The position numbers and the translations under genes were made by a program. From a virus, in the IMG/VR virus record IMGVR_UViG_3300033146_004399, positions 32,001-96,000 of that record: DNA of 64,000 nucleotides, one strand, 5' to 3'. Below, one piece after another: positions 1-10,498 of the stretch. Under the pieces are notes generated by a model. It did not search any database. It saw only the letters and a program-made list of their open reading frames with translations, and had not been told where the DNA came from. Each line of letters starts with the position of its first letter. Position 1 is the first letter of the stretch.

Positions 1-1344
1 AAGAGAGCCAGACATAGTATCACCATTTATATTAATAAATCTAGCATCACTTTCAGTCTCTGTATAATATCTAGTATCATGAGTATGTGAATCATTGTTA
101 ACTGATGCGGTGATTGTTATATTAGTACTCCCATCAAAAATTACCGCATCTGATGTTATATCACCACTAATATTAATAGTTCTACCTGTTTCAAGTATTG
201 TCGCTGTTGAAGCATTACCATTTATTGTATTTATATAAGCTGAAGAAAATATTTGTGTAGCAGAACCTATGTTTCTTACAGAAATATTGCCAATTGCACC
301 AGTCATTTCTGGGAGTATATCACCATCAATAAATATACCAGTATCCGAAGTTAACGTTATTGTTTCTCCGGTAGGAGTTTCCATATTAATAGCTGCAGGC
401 GAAACTGCGCCTGATAAAACAACTTCATTGTATGTAGAGCCGTCATAACTAACATTGAACGTGTCGTTGGTACCAGATATAGCGACTCCACCTAAATAAA
501 TAGTGTTAGCGGCAAAATGACCTTCATCAGCATAAACATTACCAAAAGGTTTTGTTGCAGAACCCAAATCAACAGCATTAGTATTAGGGATAATATTATG
601 TACAACAGCATTCAAAGACGTAGCTGTTATTGCTGTGTTAAAATCTAATTGATTTGAATCTATACCATCATGATCGTGACCTGATTGACCAAAGAATTTT
701 TCATCAACATATATTTTAGTTGCATAATTTACTAAGTCTGAAGCTGAATTTATAACAGCTGTTAATTTTTGATCTGGTCCTTCAATATTATATGTAAATT
801 GAATTTTATCAGTTTGTGGATCCCCATCTGAATAAATAAGATAATCATTCCCTGAACCTTGCTCTTGTAAAACACCATTTAAAAAAACCATAAGGTTTGA
901 CCCATCTGCCGCAGCAGTATCTGAACCTAAATCAAAAATACTACCTGTTCCTTGGGGATCATTATCATCAACACCAGTCCAATTTGTAGCTTCATAAGAC
1001 ATTTTTAATACTAATTCTCTATCTTCATCACCTGAAGCAACACCAGTACCTGCTATTAATTGGTGATAAGGTTCTGTTGATAAACCAATCCACAATTCAT
1101 TCGTATTAATATCATAATACATTTGACCTGCCTGAGAGCCATCCCAAATTGGAAGTTCTGCAGTTGTAACCATCTTGATAAGACCTTCGGTTATCCAACC
1201 AGTAGCATCATTTTGCCATGCTTCTATTTTAGATTGTTTAATTTCTGCGTCATTTGCTATATGTGCGTTAGTAAGTCTGTGATCTATCCCATTAACTATA
1301 TCATTACCAATACCAAATATTTGTTCTGCTCGTAATCTCGGCAT
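1..1344 (-). CDS. Virion fibre/tail-fibre-like protein, N-terminal 448 aa (runs off window; absent from ORF track)
   Basis: Manual translation from ATG 1344 (SD AGGAGA 1351-1356) stays open to base 1: MPRLRAEQIFG...GSNLMVFLNGVLQEQG...NASTATILETGRTINISGDIT...HTHDTRYYTETE. N-terminus is paralogous to 46679 ORF. Confidence 0.85.
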   Translation of the reverse strand, partial: MPRLRAEQIFGIGNDIVNGIDHRLTNAHIANDAEIKQSKIEAWQNDATGWITEGLIKMVTTAELPIWDGSQAGQMYYDINTNELWIGLSTEPYHQLIAGTGVASGDEDRELVLKMSYEATNWTGVDDNDPQGTGSIFDLGSDTAAADGSNLMVFLNGVLQEQGSGNDYLIYSDGDPQTDKIQFTYNIEGPDQKLTAVINSASDLVNYATKIYVDEKFFGQSGHDHDGIDSNQLDFNTAITATSLNAVVHNIIPNTNAVDLGSATKPFGNVYADEGHFAANTIYLGGVAISGTNDTFNVSYDGSTYNEVVLSGAVSPAAINMETPTGETITLTSDTGIFIDGDILPEMTGAIGNISVRNIGSATQIFSSAYINTINGNASTATILETGRTINISGDITSDAVIFDGSTNITITASVNNDSHTHDTRYYTETESDARFININGDTMSGSL

Positions 1345-1426
1345 CTTATATCTCCTCTATGATAAATTTTTAATTTAATTTTCTAATATATCTTTACAAA
1401 TAGAATGCCTTTGTGAGCATTTTTAT

Positions 1427-1459
1427 AAAAAAAGAGCCAGGAAAATCTCCTGGCTCTTT
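1427..1459 (-). terminator. Intrinsic terminator after 2300-aa gene
   Basis: AAAGAGCCAGGA-aaatc-TCCTGGCTCTTT stem with T-run on minus strand. Confidence 0.8.
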
Positions 1460-1479
1460 AAGTTCAATTAAATCAATTA

Positions 1480-4400
1480 CTATGCAGTAGCTGATCTATT
1501 ATAAGTACAATCAAACACAATATGATCAGTTACACTTAAAGCAATAGCGTCAACAGCGTTAGCCGCGGTGGCCCAAGTGAAGTCTGAGGTTGAGTGATCG
1601 TTGTTAAATGTTACATATTTTTCGCCAGAAGCTTGATCATAGATATATCCCCATTCTGAATCGGAGAGTCTTAAACCATTTAAATATACAACAAGATAAA
1701 CACCATATGTAGCTCTTAACTGACTAGGTGTTAGTGCGAGGTTTGAACCTCCACCAGGTAAGTCATAAGCATCATTTGTACCAGCAGCAGCAACAGCAAG
1801 ACCGTTAAAAGTAAATGTTTCATCTGAAACCTGAAGGTAAGCTTTAGATACATCAGTAGAACTGAGTGTAGGAGCTTCCATGTAAGATTTCTTAGATACA
1901 TCACCAGTATTACTATATGCTCTGTTAATAGCATCGTAAATTGATACAGGAGCAGAAGCTTGAGCATCAAACGTAAAGGCAACGTTTGAAGGATCAGTAA
2001 GTGGCATAGCAGCAGCCATATCCCAATCTTTAAATGCTATTCCACCAGAACCAATTGTCTGGAGAGTTAAATCAGCAGCAGTTGTTCTAATAAAAGAATT
2101 AGCAGCACCGTCAAGAGTGAAAGCGCCAGAAGCATTCATATCGAATGTAGTAACATTTTGAGTTAATGTTGTTGAAGTTTCAACTATATCACCGGCAGAT
2201 GTAATATTAACATCACCAGAAGTAGTAGTACTAAGAGTTAGTGCAGCACCATCAACTGTAAAATTAGAAGCAGAAGAAGCATCAAGTGAAATACCACCAG
2301 CCATAAGAGCATCAAAAGTTGTACCATCAATATCAAAAGTAACAGCATCCATATCCATAACTGCAGCAGTTACAAGATTAAGTCCGGTTGCACCGTCAAC
2401 AGTAACTGTGGACGCACCGTCAACAAGAACAGCATTATTAGCAACAATATCAAATGTTGAAGTACTAATATCAAAATCTGCAGTAGCAAGACTTATTTTT
2501 GAAGTTGTGCTTACAAAGAATTCAGCATCGCCCATAGGTCTAGCAGAACCATGTACATAATCCCAATCAACGCCTTCGGCAGTTGCAAGACCTTGAACTT
2601 TAACAATAGCAGTTCTATTAGTATCAAGTATGTGAATATGTTCATTTAATTTAAAGAAAGTGCCCGCAGCTTTAGCAGCTAAAAATGTAGCTTCATCAGT
2701 ATAAGTTTTACCACCACCACCTGCAAGAGCAAGACCTTCTAACATAGCTTGAAGATTTGAATCGTCACCTACAGAACCACCAGTTGGTAGAATACCAGTT
2801 ATACCATCAACACCAATAAGGTTTGCACCAGCAGCTGTACCAAAAGCAGCACCTTGTGTAGATAATAATTCGATGTATTCCCACATATCTTCTCTATTAA
2901 CGTTAATAGCGCCAAGTACAGAAGTAATAGCATCTGTTCCAGTTTCTCGTGTGGTAAAATCAAAATCAGTTTGAGAATTATAAGCAAAATCAGTTACAAG
3001 ACCATCAACGAGATTTTGAGCGAACGTAATAGGAACTGTTTGATATTGATCACTGAATGTAACGTTAGCAGCAGAATCAATAACAACATCACCAGAAGTA
3101 GCAGTACTTACAGTTAAATTAGCACCGTTTACGTTAATTGAAGAAGCAGCATCAGCTTCAGCAACAAGAGCACCAGTTCCAGCTTCGATTGTAATACCAA
3201 CAGCAGTTAAGCTAGCAGCATCAGCAGAAGAAAGAGCTAAGTGTGTTCCACCAGTTCCAGCAGCAGCGATGTTAATATCGGTACCGTCGGCATCAATAGA
3301 ACCATCAAGGTCCATATCACCAACAACTTGCGTAGCACCAGTTTGAAGGAGTATACCAGTTGTATTTATATTTGTGGCGCCTAAGTCAAAGGAAGAAGCA
3401 GCAACAACATCCATACCACCAGCAGAAGTAATGCTTACAGCATCAGCTGCAGTAGCAGTTGTATTAATTAAGAAAGTATAGTTACCTGATTGATCAAATG
3501 AACCATCAAGGTCTAAATCACCAACTATTTGAGCATTACCAGTTTGTGTAAGTACACCAGTTGTATCAATAGCAGGAGCATCAACAGTTACAGAAGTAAC
3601 AGCATCAATGTCTACAGTAGTAGCAGCAGATATACCGACATTACCAGAAGTTGTAGTTGAAAGAGTTAAATTAGCTTCGGCAACAGTAAAATTTGAAGCA
3701 ACAGTTGAATCAAGTTCGATACCAGCAGCATCAACGTCGACCTTAAGAGTCGCATTAACATCAATTCCGCCACCAGTAGAATTAATAAATATTGAATCGG
3801 CATCTGATGAGCCAGCTATATTTAACTTAATTTGTTCATCAGTAATTAAAAGTTGTTTTAACCCGTCACTAGTAGCAATATCAACATCTCCACCAGTATT
3901 ACCCGCTCTTACTAATACTGTACCGTCAATACCAATAAATCCTACGGAGTTTGCAGCTAACGAATTTCCAAATGTCATTTTAGAAGCAAGGAATGACACT
4001 CCACCAGTTGTATCAATTTTTACAGAATCAGCAGCAGAACCAGCAGTAACAACAAATTTAGCTGTATCAACAGCATCAGCAAGTATAAATGATTTAGTAG
4101 TATCCATTGTAAAGGTAACATCTGTGTCATCGACGTCAACTGCAGAACCACCATCATATGCAATATCCATACTTATAGTAGTTGACCCGGTAGCAGATGT
4201 CATAATAGTTTCAAATTGTGTGTTAGAATGATTATAAAGTTCCCACGTGTCAGTGCTTTCATTCCATTTAATTTGTGCGTTAGTTTCATCACCTCTTTCA
4301 ACTGTATAAAAAGCATCAAGAGTAGGAGAGCCAGTAACATTTGTATTAAGAACGATTTGATTATCAGCAACCAATAAATCTTGTGAATTAATAGTAGTTG

Positions 4401-7400
4401 TTGTACCAGTAACATTTAAATCACCAAGAATTTCAACTGTATCTTGGTTAATTCTCATAAGGTCAGAAGTAGCTGTACCTTCAGATCTAAATATAATTTG
4501 ATCATTATCTTCATCACCAACAGTAAATACAAGGTTGGAAAAGTAAGTTGTAAAATAATCTGTAGCAGCGCCAGAACCAGTTTCAAGCATAGCAGCATCA
4601 AAGAATATATCTGATTCTTCGGTACCAGCATTAACAATTTGAACAACTATATCTTCGTTAGTAGCACCAGCAACAGCAACCGCTTCATATCTTACCCACG
4701 CACCAGTAGCAGCACCAGTTGCAATAAGCTCAACAGCAGTTCCACCACCAAGACTAACTTGTACAGGAGCAGCGTTTACACCTTTAGCGTAAATTGAAAA
4801 CACATAACTAGCAGCATCAGTAAGAGGAGCATCAGCAGTTTGTGTAAGAATAGCAACAGTTCCAGCAGCAGCAGGAGCAGCGTTAAAATATCTTAAAGAA
4901 TAAGCATTATAAAACTGTTCAGCACCTGTTCTAAGGGCTTCAGCATCTTGTGTCCAGTTATCAGCGACAACAGCAGAACCAGCTTCAAAACCACTATTAA
5001 CAAGTAGGTTGGCAACATTTAAATCACCACCACGAGTACCTGTAATTGTAGCATAATCGGAAGGGTCTACAGAAGTAATATTAATTTTATCGACATAAAG
5101 CTGTTTATTAGATTCGATAACTACGTCGCCGTGGATATCTACCAGCGGAGCGTTAAGATCAACTTCTACTTCAGAGTTAACTTGAACTTGACCTGTGCCA
5201 GTTGTATTCATAATAATATTATCATTAAGAGCACCAGTCGCAGTAAGTTGTCCATCAATAGTAATTGTAGTTGCATTAATGTCTACAACATCAGCTGTAA
5301 TATCAGCTTCGGTATCACTAGTTGTGATAGCAGCACCACCAGTAGTTGCCATAGAAGCAGTTTGTCCTGTAGCAGAATGTAAATCTAATGAACCGTTAAT
5401 ATTAAGTTTAACTTGATTACCAGAATCATCAGTAAGAGCAATACCTTCATCAGAATTGATAATAACACCGCCAACCGTTTCAATAGTAAAAGAATCAATA
5501 CCAGTATCAGTAAGTGTAGAGTTAAAAGTAGCACCATCATGGTCAATAGAACCATCAAGATCCATATCACCAATAACTTGTGTAGCACCTGTTTGTGTTA
5601 AAATACCGTCAGTTGTAATGTTAGTAGCGTCTATGTCTACAAGAGCTCCGCCATTAATTTGAACTTCAGTATCAGAATCGATAAATACTTCTTTACCAGC
5701 ACCTGCGTTAATATCAATAATTCCACCAGTAAGGTCGATTTCATCAGCAGCAGAAAGTTGAATTTGACCAGTTCCAGAAGTTGTAACAACCATGTTATCG
5801 TCAGCAGCACCAGTTGCAGTTAATTGACCGTCCATAGTAATAGCAGCACCATCAATATCTACAAGAGTTCCACCATTAAGTTCAATTTCAGTATCAGAAG
5901 CTACAGTAATTGTTTGACCAGCAGCAGAATCTATATCAACTTGACCAACAGCACTTATATTTACATGAGCACCAGAGTCATCAGCAAGAATTAAACCACC
6001 ATCAACGTTTACAGTCATAGCACCAGTCGTATCGACAGTAACAGCATCAGAAGTTACATTAAATTCATCTCCGCCCATAGGTTCATTAGAACCCCATAAA
6101 TAATCCCAATCTGTTCCTTCAACAAGAGCAGTGGTTCCAGTTTTAACTATAACATATCTGTTTGTATCTAATACATAAACTATTTCATTATTTTTAAAAT
6201 ACATTCCAGAAGCTTTTTCATCAAGTAAATTACCAGGGTTAGTTGGATCACCACTTTCTGTACCACCAGCTCCAGTTCCTAATGAAGGAAATACTTTTCC
6301 ACCAGCAGAGCCAAGTGCAATACCTTCTAACATAGCTTGTACTGTAGCATCGCCACCAAGAGTTCCACCTGTTGGGATAACGCCAGTAATACCAGTTGCA
6401 CCAACTTGGTCAGCACCAGCGGAACCGTCAAGAGTTGCAGGGAGTGTTGTGTTTATTAAGTAATAAAGGTCGTCAGCATTCTCATTAATACCACCAATAA
6501 TAGAAGTAGCAGTATCAAAATTAGCAGAAAGACTAGTTGTTCCACTTTGTGAAAGAGGAAGCGCAGCGCCAAGGAAACTATCTTTAACAAGAAGATTAGC
6601 AACAGATTTAACTGTTAAATCTCCAGAAGTTACAGTTTCAATATTAAGTGGAGCACCAGTTGTTTTAAAAGATGAAGCAGCAGTACCATCAATGGTTACG
6701 TTTGCAGCATCAATATCTACACCGTCAACAGCATTAAGTATAACGTTACCAGAAGTAGTTGTTATAATAGAAGTGTCAGCACCAACATTTGTAAACACAG
6801 AATTATCAGCAGCGTTTACTGTAAAACGTGCAACATCAAACTCAACCACATCACCAGTCGCTAATGCTTCTACATTAATTAAATTAGTAGCGCCAGTATC
6901 AGCTGTAATTTTAAATGATTTAGTATCAGTTAATTGCCAATCAACAAGCGTGTCATCAACAGCAACTACAGAACCATCATCATAAGCATCATCAAGAGAA
7001 AAGTTAATATTTGCTGTACCATCAAGTATATTATCAATATCACCTTGTAATTCTTCAAGAGCATTTTGAACTGTGGCAGAAGCCATAGAACCTGTTGGTG
7101 TTACTCCAACTAAATCAGCACCAGAAGAACCATTAGACGTAGATATAAGTTCACTTTCTAAAAAGTATCTTGTATCAAGTTTAGCTGTACCTGTATCTGT
7201 ACCTGGATTAGGGTCAATTTCACTTTCAGTATAATATCTATTATCTAATTGTCCGCCATCCATTTGTGTTTTATTATAGTATCTGTTATCTAATTGTCCA
7301 GATTCTAATTCAATTTTTGTGTAATAAAGATCATGGTGGTTATGTGAACCAGAAATACCTACAACATCTGCAAATCCAATACCAGTAATAAAAGCAGTAT

Positions 7401-8382
7401 AAGGAGCAGTTAAATAAGAATAAATTTCTGAGAACATAAAGTCAATTAACACTGGAGAACCAGCGGTAACAACTTCAATACCAAAACCCGTTTCCATTCC
7501 GCCAGCACCATCTTGAGGGACTGTAGGTATGCCCGAAACGGCATTAGTAATTGTTACAACAGCCATAGAAGAAGATGCACTAAAAGCTGCATTTGTACCA
7601 ATAGCACTTGCTGTAGCAGAAGCAACCGTATTAGCATCCGCAAGAGGTGCTACTGTAACAGCAATACCTGTTCTTCCAGGATTCGACATTGCAGGGTCTA
7701 TAGAACTTTCACCTGAAACGGTATACCAAACATAGTAATCTATTGAAGGAGAAGAGATTCTAAAATATTTACCATTAAGAGAATGGTAATAAGTTGGCGA
7801 AGCAGTACCAGTAGCAACATTTTCTACTGAATAATCTGCAACAGTTGTAATTTCGGTTACTTCTGCGACAGCCATTGTAAAAGCTGTACCATCAGTTTTC
7901 TTAAATGCAAGAGTATAATTTCCTACACCACCACCAATGTCATCATTGGAAAGTTCACCGTAAACTTGTCCACCAAGACCATCTTGTATAGGGTCCTTAG
8001 TTGATGCATCTCTAATTTGAACTTGATAATTTTCTGTACCAGTACCAGATCCAGACGTACCTGTTGTAAGTACACCTTTTTCAGTACCTGCTAGTACTGC
8101 TGTATCTGTTGTTGCAGTAGATGAAACTACTGTTGTTACATCTATTGATGCTCCAGATACGGCTTGAGATGTTGCGACATCCCATAGTGCGATTAATTGA
8201 GAGTCGAGAACCGCTTGGTGTACTGATTCATTTGAATGTAAATCAGTTGCAACAAGTGAATTGGTTAAGTTTAATTTTTCGTAAACTATACCACTATCCC
8301 ATCGACTGTCTGTATTACCCGCAACATTGTAATTGTTAATTTGACCACCTTGAATTTGGTCACCACGAATGGCTGTTAACAT
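1480..8382 (-). CDS. Giant virion fibre/appendage protein (2300 aa) with beta-rich repeats and a CBM-like insertion
   Basis: Asp/Thr/Ala/Gly-rich repeats; tail-fibre motifs (LDNRYYTESE; DLNVTGTTTTINSQDLLVADNQIVLN...WNESTDTW); modules shared with 46679 ORF; SD GGAGG upstream. Confidence 0.8.
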   Translation of the reverse strand: MLTAIRGDQIQGGQINNYNVAGNTDSRWDSGIVYEKLNLTNSLVATDLHSNESVHQAVLDSQLIALWDVATSQAVSGASIDVTTVVSSTATTDTAVLAGTEKGVLTTGTSGSGTGTENYQVQIRDASTKDPIQDGLGGQVYGELSNDDIGGGVGNYTLAFKKTDGTAFTMAVAEVTEITTVADYSVENVATGTASPTYYHSLNGKYFRISSPSIDYYVWYTVSGESSIDPAMSNPGRTGIAVTVAPLADANTVASATASAIGTNAAFSASSSMAVVTITNAVSGIPTVPQDGAGGMETGFGIEVVTAGSPVLIDFMFSEIYSYLTAPYTAFITGIGFADVVGISGSHNHHDLYYTKIELESGQLDNRYYNKTQMDGGQLDNRYYTESEIDPNPGTDTGTAKLDTRYFLESELISTSNGSSGADLVGVTPTGSMASATVQNALEELQGDIDNILDGTANINFSLDDAYDDGSVVAVDDTLVDWQLTDTKSFKITADTGATNLINVEALATGDVVEFDVARFTVNAADNSVFTNVGADTSIITTTSGNVILNAVDGVDIDAANVTIDGTAASSFKTTGAPLNIETVTSGDLTVKSVANLLVKDSFLGAALPLSQSGTTSLSANFDTATSIIGGINENADDLYYLINTTLPATLDGSAGADQVGATGITGVIPTGGTLGGDATVQAMLEGIALGSAGGKVFPSLGTGAGGTESGDPTNPGNLLDEKASGMYFKNNEIVYVLDTNRYVIVKTGTTALVEGTDWDYLWGSNEPMGGDEFNVTSDAVTVDTTGAMTVNVDGGLILADDSGAHVNISAVGQVDIDSAAGQTITVASDTEIELNGGTLVDIDGAAITMDGQLTATGAADDNMVVTTSGTGQIQLSAADEIDLTGGIIDINAGAGKEVFIDSDTEVQINGGALVDIDATNITTDGILTQTGATQVIGDMDLDGSIDHDGATFNSTLTDTGIDSFTIETVGGVIINSDEGIALTDDSGNQVKLNINGSLDLHSATGQTASMATTGGAAITTSDTEADITADVVDINATTITIDGQLTATGALNDNIIMNTTGTGQVQVNSEVEVDLNAPLVDIHGDVVIESNKQLYVDKINITSVDPSDYATITGTRGGDLNVANLLVNSGFEAGSAVVADNWTQDAEALRTGAEQFYNAYSLRYFNAAPAAAGTVAILTQTADAPLTDAASYVFSIYAKGVNAAPVQVSLGGGTAVELIATGAATGAWVRYEAVAVAGATNEDIVVQIVNAGTEESDIFFDAAMLETGSGAATDYFTTYFSNLVFTVGDEDNDQIIFRSEGTATSDLMRINQDTVEILGDLNVTGTTTTINSQDLLVADNQIVLNTNVTGSPTLDAFYTVERGDETNAQIKWNESTDTWELYNHSNTQFETIMTSATGSTTISMDIAYDGGSAVDVDDTDVTFTMDTTKSFILADAVDTAKFVVTAGSAADSVKIDTTGGVSFLASKMTFGNSLAANSVGFIGIDGTVLVRAGNTGGDVDIATSDGLKQLLITDEQIKLNIAGSSDADSIFINSTGGGIDVNATLKVDVDAAGIELDSTVASNFTVAEANLTLSTTTSGNVGISAATTVDIDAVTSVTVDAPAIDTTGVLTQTGNAQIVGDLDLDGSFDQSGNYTFLINTTATAADAVSITSAGGMDVVAASSFDLGATNINTTGILLQTGATQVVGDMDLDGSIDADGTDINIAAAGTGGTHLALSSADAASLTAVGITIEAGTGALVAEADAASSINVNGANLTVSTATSGDVVIDSAANVTFSDQYQTVPITFAQNLVDGLVTDFAYNSQTDFDFTTRETGTDAITSVLGAINVNREDMWEYIELLSTQGAAFGTAAGANLIGVDGITGILPTGGSVGDDSNLQAMLEGLALAGGGGKTYTDEATFLAAKAAGTFFKLNEHIHILDTNRTAIVKVQGLATAEGVDWDYVHGSARPMGDAEFFVSTTSKISLATADFDISTSTFDIVANNAVLVDGASTVTVDGATGLNLVTAAVMDMDAVTFDIDGTTFDALMAGGISLDASSASNFTVDGAALTLSTTTSGDVNITSAGDIVETSTTLTQNVTTFDMNASGAFTLDGAANSFIRTTAADLTLQTIGSGGIAFKDWDMAAAMPLTDPSNVAFTFDAQASAPVSIYDAINRAYSNTGDVSKKSYMEAPTLSSTDVSKAYLQVSDETFTFNGLAVAAAGTNDAYDLPGGGSNLALTPSQLRATYGVYLVVYLNGLRLSDSEWGYIYDQASGEKYVTFNNDHSTSDFTWATAANAVDAIALSVTDHIVFDCTYNRSATA

Positions 8383-8423
8383 AATTATTGCCTCCTAAAA
8401 TTTCTTTTTGTAAAGATTCAATA

Positions 8424-8438
8424 TTATCTTACAAGATA
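8424..8438. promoter_or_regulatory. Back-to-back AAGATA(A) putative late-promoter motifs for divergent genes
   Basis: TTATCTT-ac-AAGATA near-palindrome, about 40 nt from 8382 start and about 30 nt from 8468 start. Confidence 0.55.
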
Positions 8439-8467
8439 GTTATATAATAGTTGATTTAGGAGAAAAA

Positions 8468-10060
8468 ATGTTATTAAAAATAAATGATGAAAAAATATTA
8501 AATATTAAAACAACAGATGGTAAACTATTTTTAAATGAGAAAAAGGTAAAAAAATATGATAAAATTGAATATAGGTGCGATAAATGTTCAATTACGGAAA
8601 CCATACATTATAGATATAATAAAAAATTTAATAATCATATAATTCTTTGTACAAAATGTGCTCGAAAACAAACTAATATAGAACACTTCGGTGTAGAAAA
8701 TATATCACAATCTTCTATTATACAAAAAACTATAAGAGAAAAATCAATAGAAAAATATGGCACTAAGCATTTTCTATCTTCACCTAAAGTAAGAAAGAAA
8801 ATAAAACAAACTAATATAGAGAAATATGGTGTAGACGAAATATTTAAACTAAAAGGTTTTAAAGAAGAAACAAAAAAAATTATGATTGAAAGGTATGGTG
8901 TTGAGTATTCTCTTCAATCTAATGAAATTAAGAATAAATATAAAACTACAATGCTTGAAAAATATAAAGTAGATAAACCAATGCATTCTACTATTATTAA
9001 AGATAAAAGACGTTTAACTATACAAAGCAATATTAAAAATGAATTGATGAATTTCAAAGAATTCGAACCTCTTTTTGCACTAAACAGATTTCGTGGAATA
9101 AATCATATCTATATGTGGAAATGTAATAAATGTAATTCAAAATTTGAAGACCATCTTAAAAATGGACATATACCTAGATGCCCTAAGTGTTATCCTCGTA
9201 ATATTAAAATAGATAGAAAGGTAAATAATCTTCACGAGTGGTTAAAGACATTAAATATAGGAGAAATACAATTAAACAATAAAGAGTTAATTAAACCTTT
9301 TAATATAAGTATATATCTCCCTAATCATAATTTGGCTATAGAGTTAGTAAGTCTTTATTGGCACTCTGAGATACAAGGCAGAAGTAAAGATTACCATTTA
9401 ATTAAGTCATTACGTTGCTCTGCGCAAAACATTCAAATGATTTATATATTTGAAGATGAGTGGGTTTATAAACAGGAAGCCGTTAAATCTATTATAAAAA
9501 GAAAATTAAATTTAATCACAAACAATATAAATGCAAAAGAATGTAAAGTTGGTATTATTAGCAACAAACAAGCAAAAGCATTTTATGTAATAAATAATAT
9601 TAAAAGTTTTATATATAATAAAATTAATATAGCTCTTTTTTATAATAATGAAATTGTAAGTTGTTTAAGTATATCTAAACCTAGATTTAATAAAAATTAT
9701 AACTGGGAAATAACACGTTTCTCTAACAAAACAGATTTATATATTATAAATGGTTTTAATAAAATGTTGCAATATTTTAAGAAAGAACACAATGGTTCTA
9801 TTATTGCTTACGGTGATTGTCGTTATTATGATTCTAATATATATGAGAATAATAATTTTGAACATATTAATCAATCTGAACCAAATTATCATTATACAAA
9901 TTATGTAGAGAGATTTGCAAGATTTAAGTTTAATAAAAAAAAGTTGAAAAAAATAATTACAAATTATAATCCTAATTTAACTGAATGGCAAAACATGCAA
10001 CTAGAAGGGTGGGATAGAGTATGGGACGTGGGTAATGATGTTTATGTTCTCATTTCATAA
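8468..10060 (+). CDS. Free-standing homing-endonuclease-like protein (KYG repeats + Vsr/Hef-like nuclease + C-terminal domain)
   Basis: CxxC motifs, T-x-x-E-K-Y-G repeats, IYLPNHNLAIE...YWHSE...IFEDEW, C-terminal WEITRF...GWDRVWDVGN as in Hef-like phage endonucleases. Confidence 0.75.
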   Translation: MLLKINDEKILNIKTTDGKLFLNEKKVKKYDKIEYRCDKCSITETIHYRYNKKFNNHIILCTKCARKQTNIEHFGVENISQSSIIQKTIREKSIEKYGTKHFLSSPKVRKKIKQTNIEKYGVDEIFKLKGFKEETKKIMIERYGVEYSLQSNEIKNKYKTTMLEKYKVDKPMHSTIIKDKRRLTIQSNIKNELMNFKEFEPLFALNRFRGINHIYMWKCNKCNSKFEDHLKNGHIPRCPKCYPRNIKIDRKVNNLHEWLKTLNIGEIQLNNKELIKPFNISIYLPNHNLAIELVSLYWHSEIQGRSKDYHLIKSLRCSAQNIQMIYIFEDEWVYKQEAVKSIIKRKLNLITNNINAKECKVGIISNKQAKAFYVINNIKSFIYNKINIALFYNNEIVSCLSISKPRFNKNYNWEITRFSNKTDLYIINGFNKMLQYFKKEHNGSIIAYGDCRYYDSNIYENNNFEHINQSEPNYHYTNYVERFARFKFNKKKLKKIITNYNPNLTEWQNMQLEGWDRVWDVGNDVYVLIS

Positions 10061-10333
10061 TTTATAATCAATACTTGAATGCCATTCACATTCGAATAAC
10101 TGTCTTATTAAAGAAGTAGGTAAGGAACCTTTAGTATTTTCTATATCAACTAATTCACATTCTTGTTCAAACCATTCAAGCCAATCGTTTTTAGTAATAT
10201 AATCAATTTCAATAATGTCACCAAAGAAACCAAATCCATAAAAAGTATTTTCATCTTTTTTAAATATAGCCATATATGGTGGTGGAGAAAACTTTCTAAA
10301 AACCATTCCATCTTTTAAGTCTTCAAACTTCAT
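10055..10333 (-). CDS. Small hypothetical protein (92 aa)
   Basis: SD GAGGAG; N-terminus MKFEDLKDGM resembles 24139 ORF (MKFNDLKVGM). Confidence 0.7.
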   Translation of the reverse strand: MKFEDLKDGMVFRKFSPPPYMAIFKKDENTFYGFGFFGDIIEIDYITKNDWLEWFEQECELVDIENTKGSLPTSLIRQLFECEWHSSIDYKL

Positions 10334-10498
10334 ATAATCTCCTCAAAATTGGGACATGTATAAATTACAAGTTCCATAACCGACTCATTATTATTTTGTA
10401 TATCTTTTGTTGATGCTTTAATTGCTTTTTGTATACTACAATTATTATGTTTTTACAGATAGAGCATACACCGGTATCTTTTGATGAAAAAGCTATTT

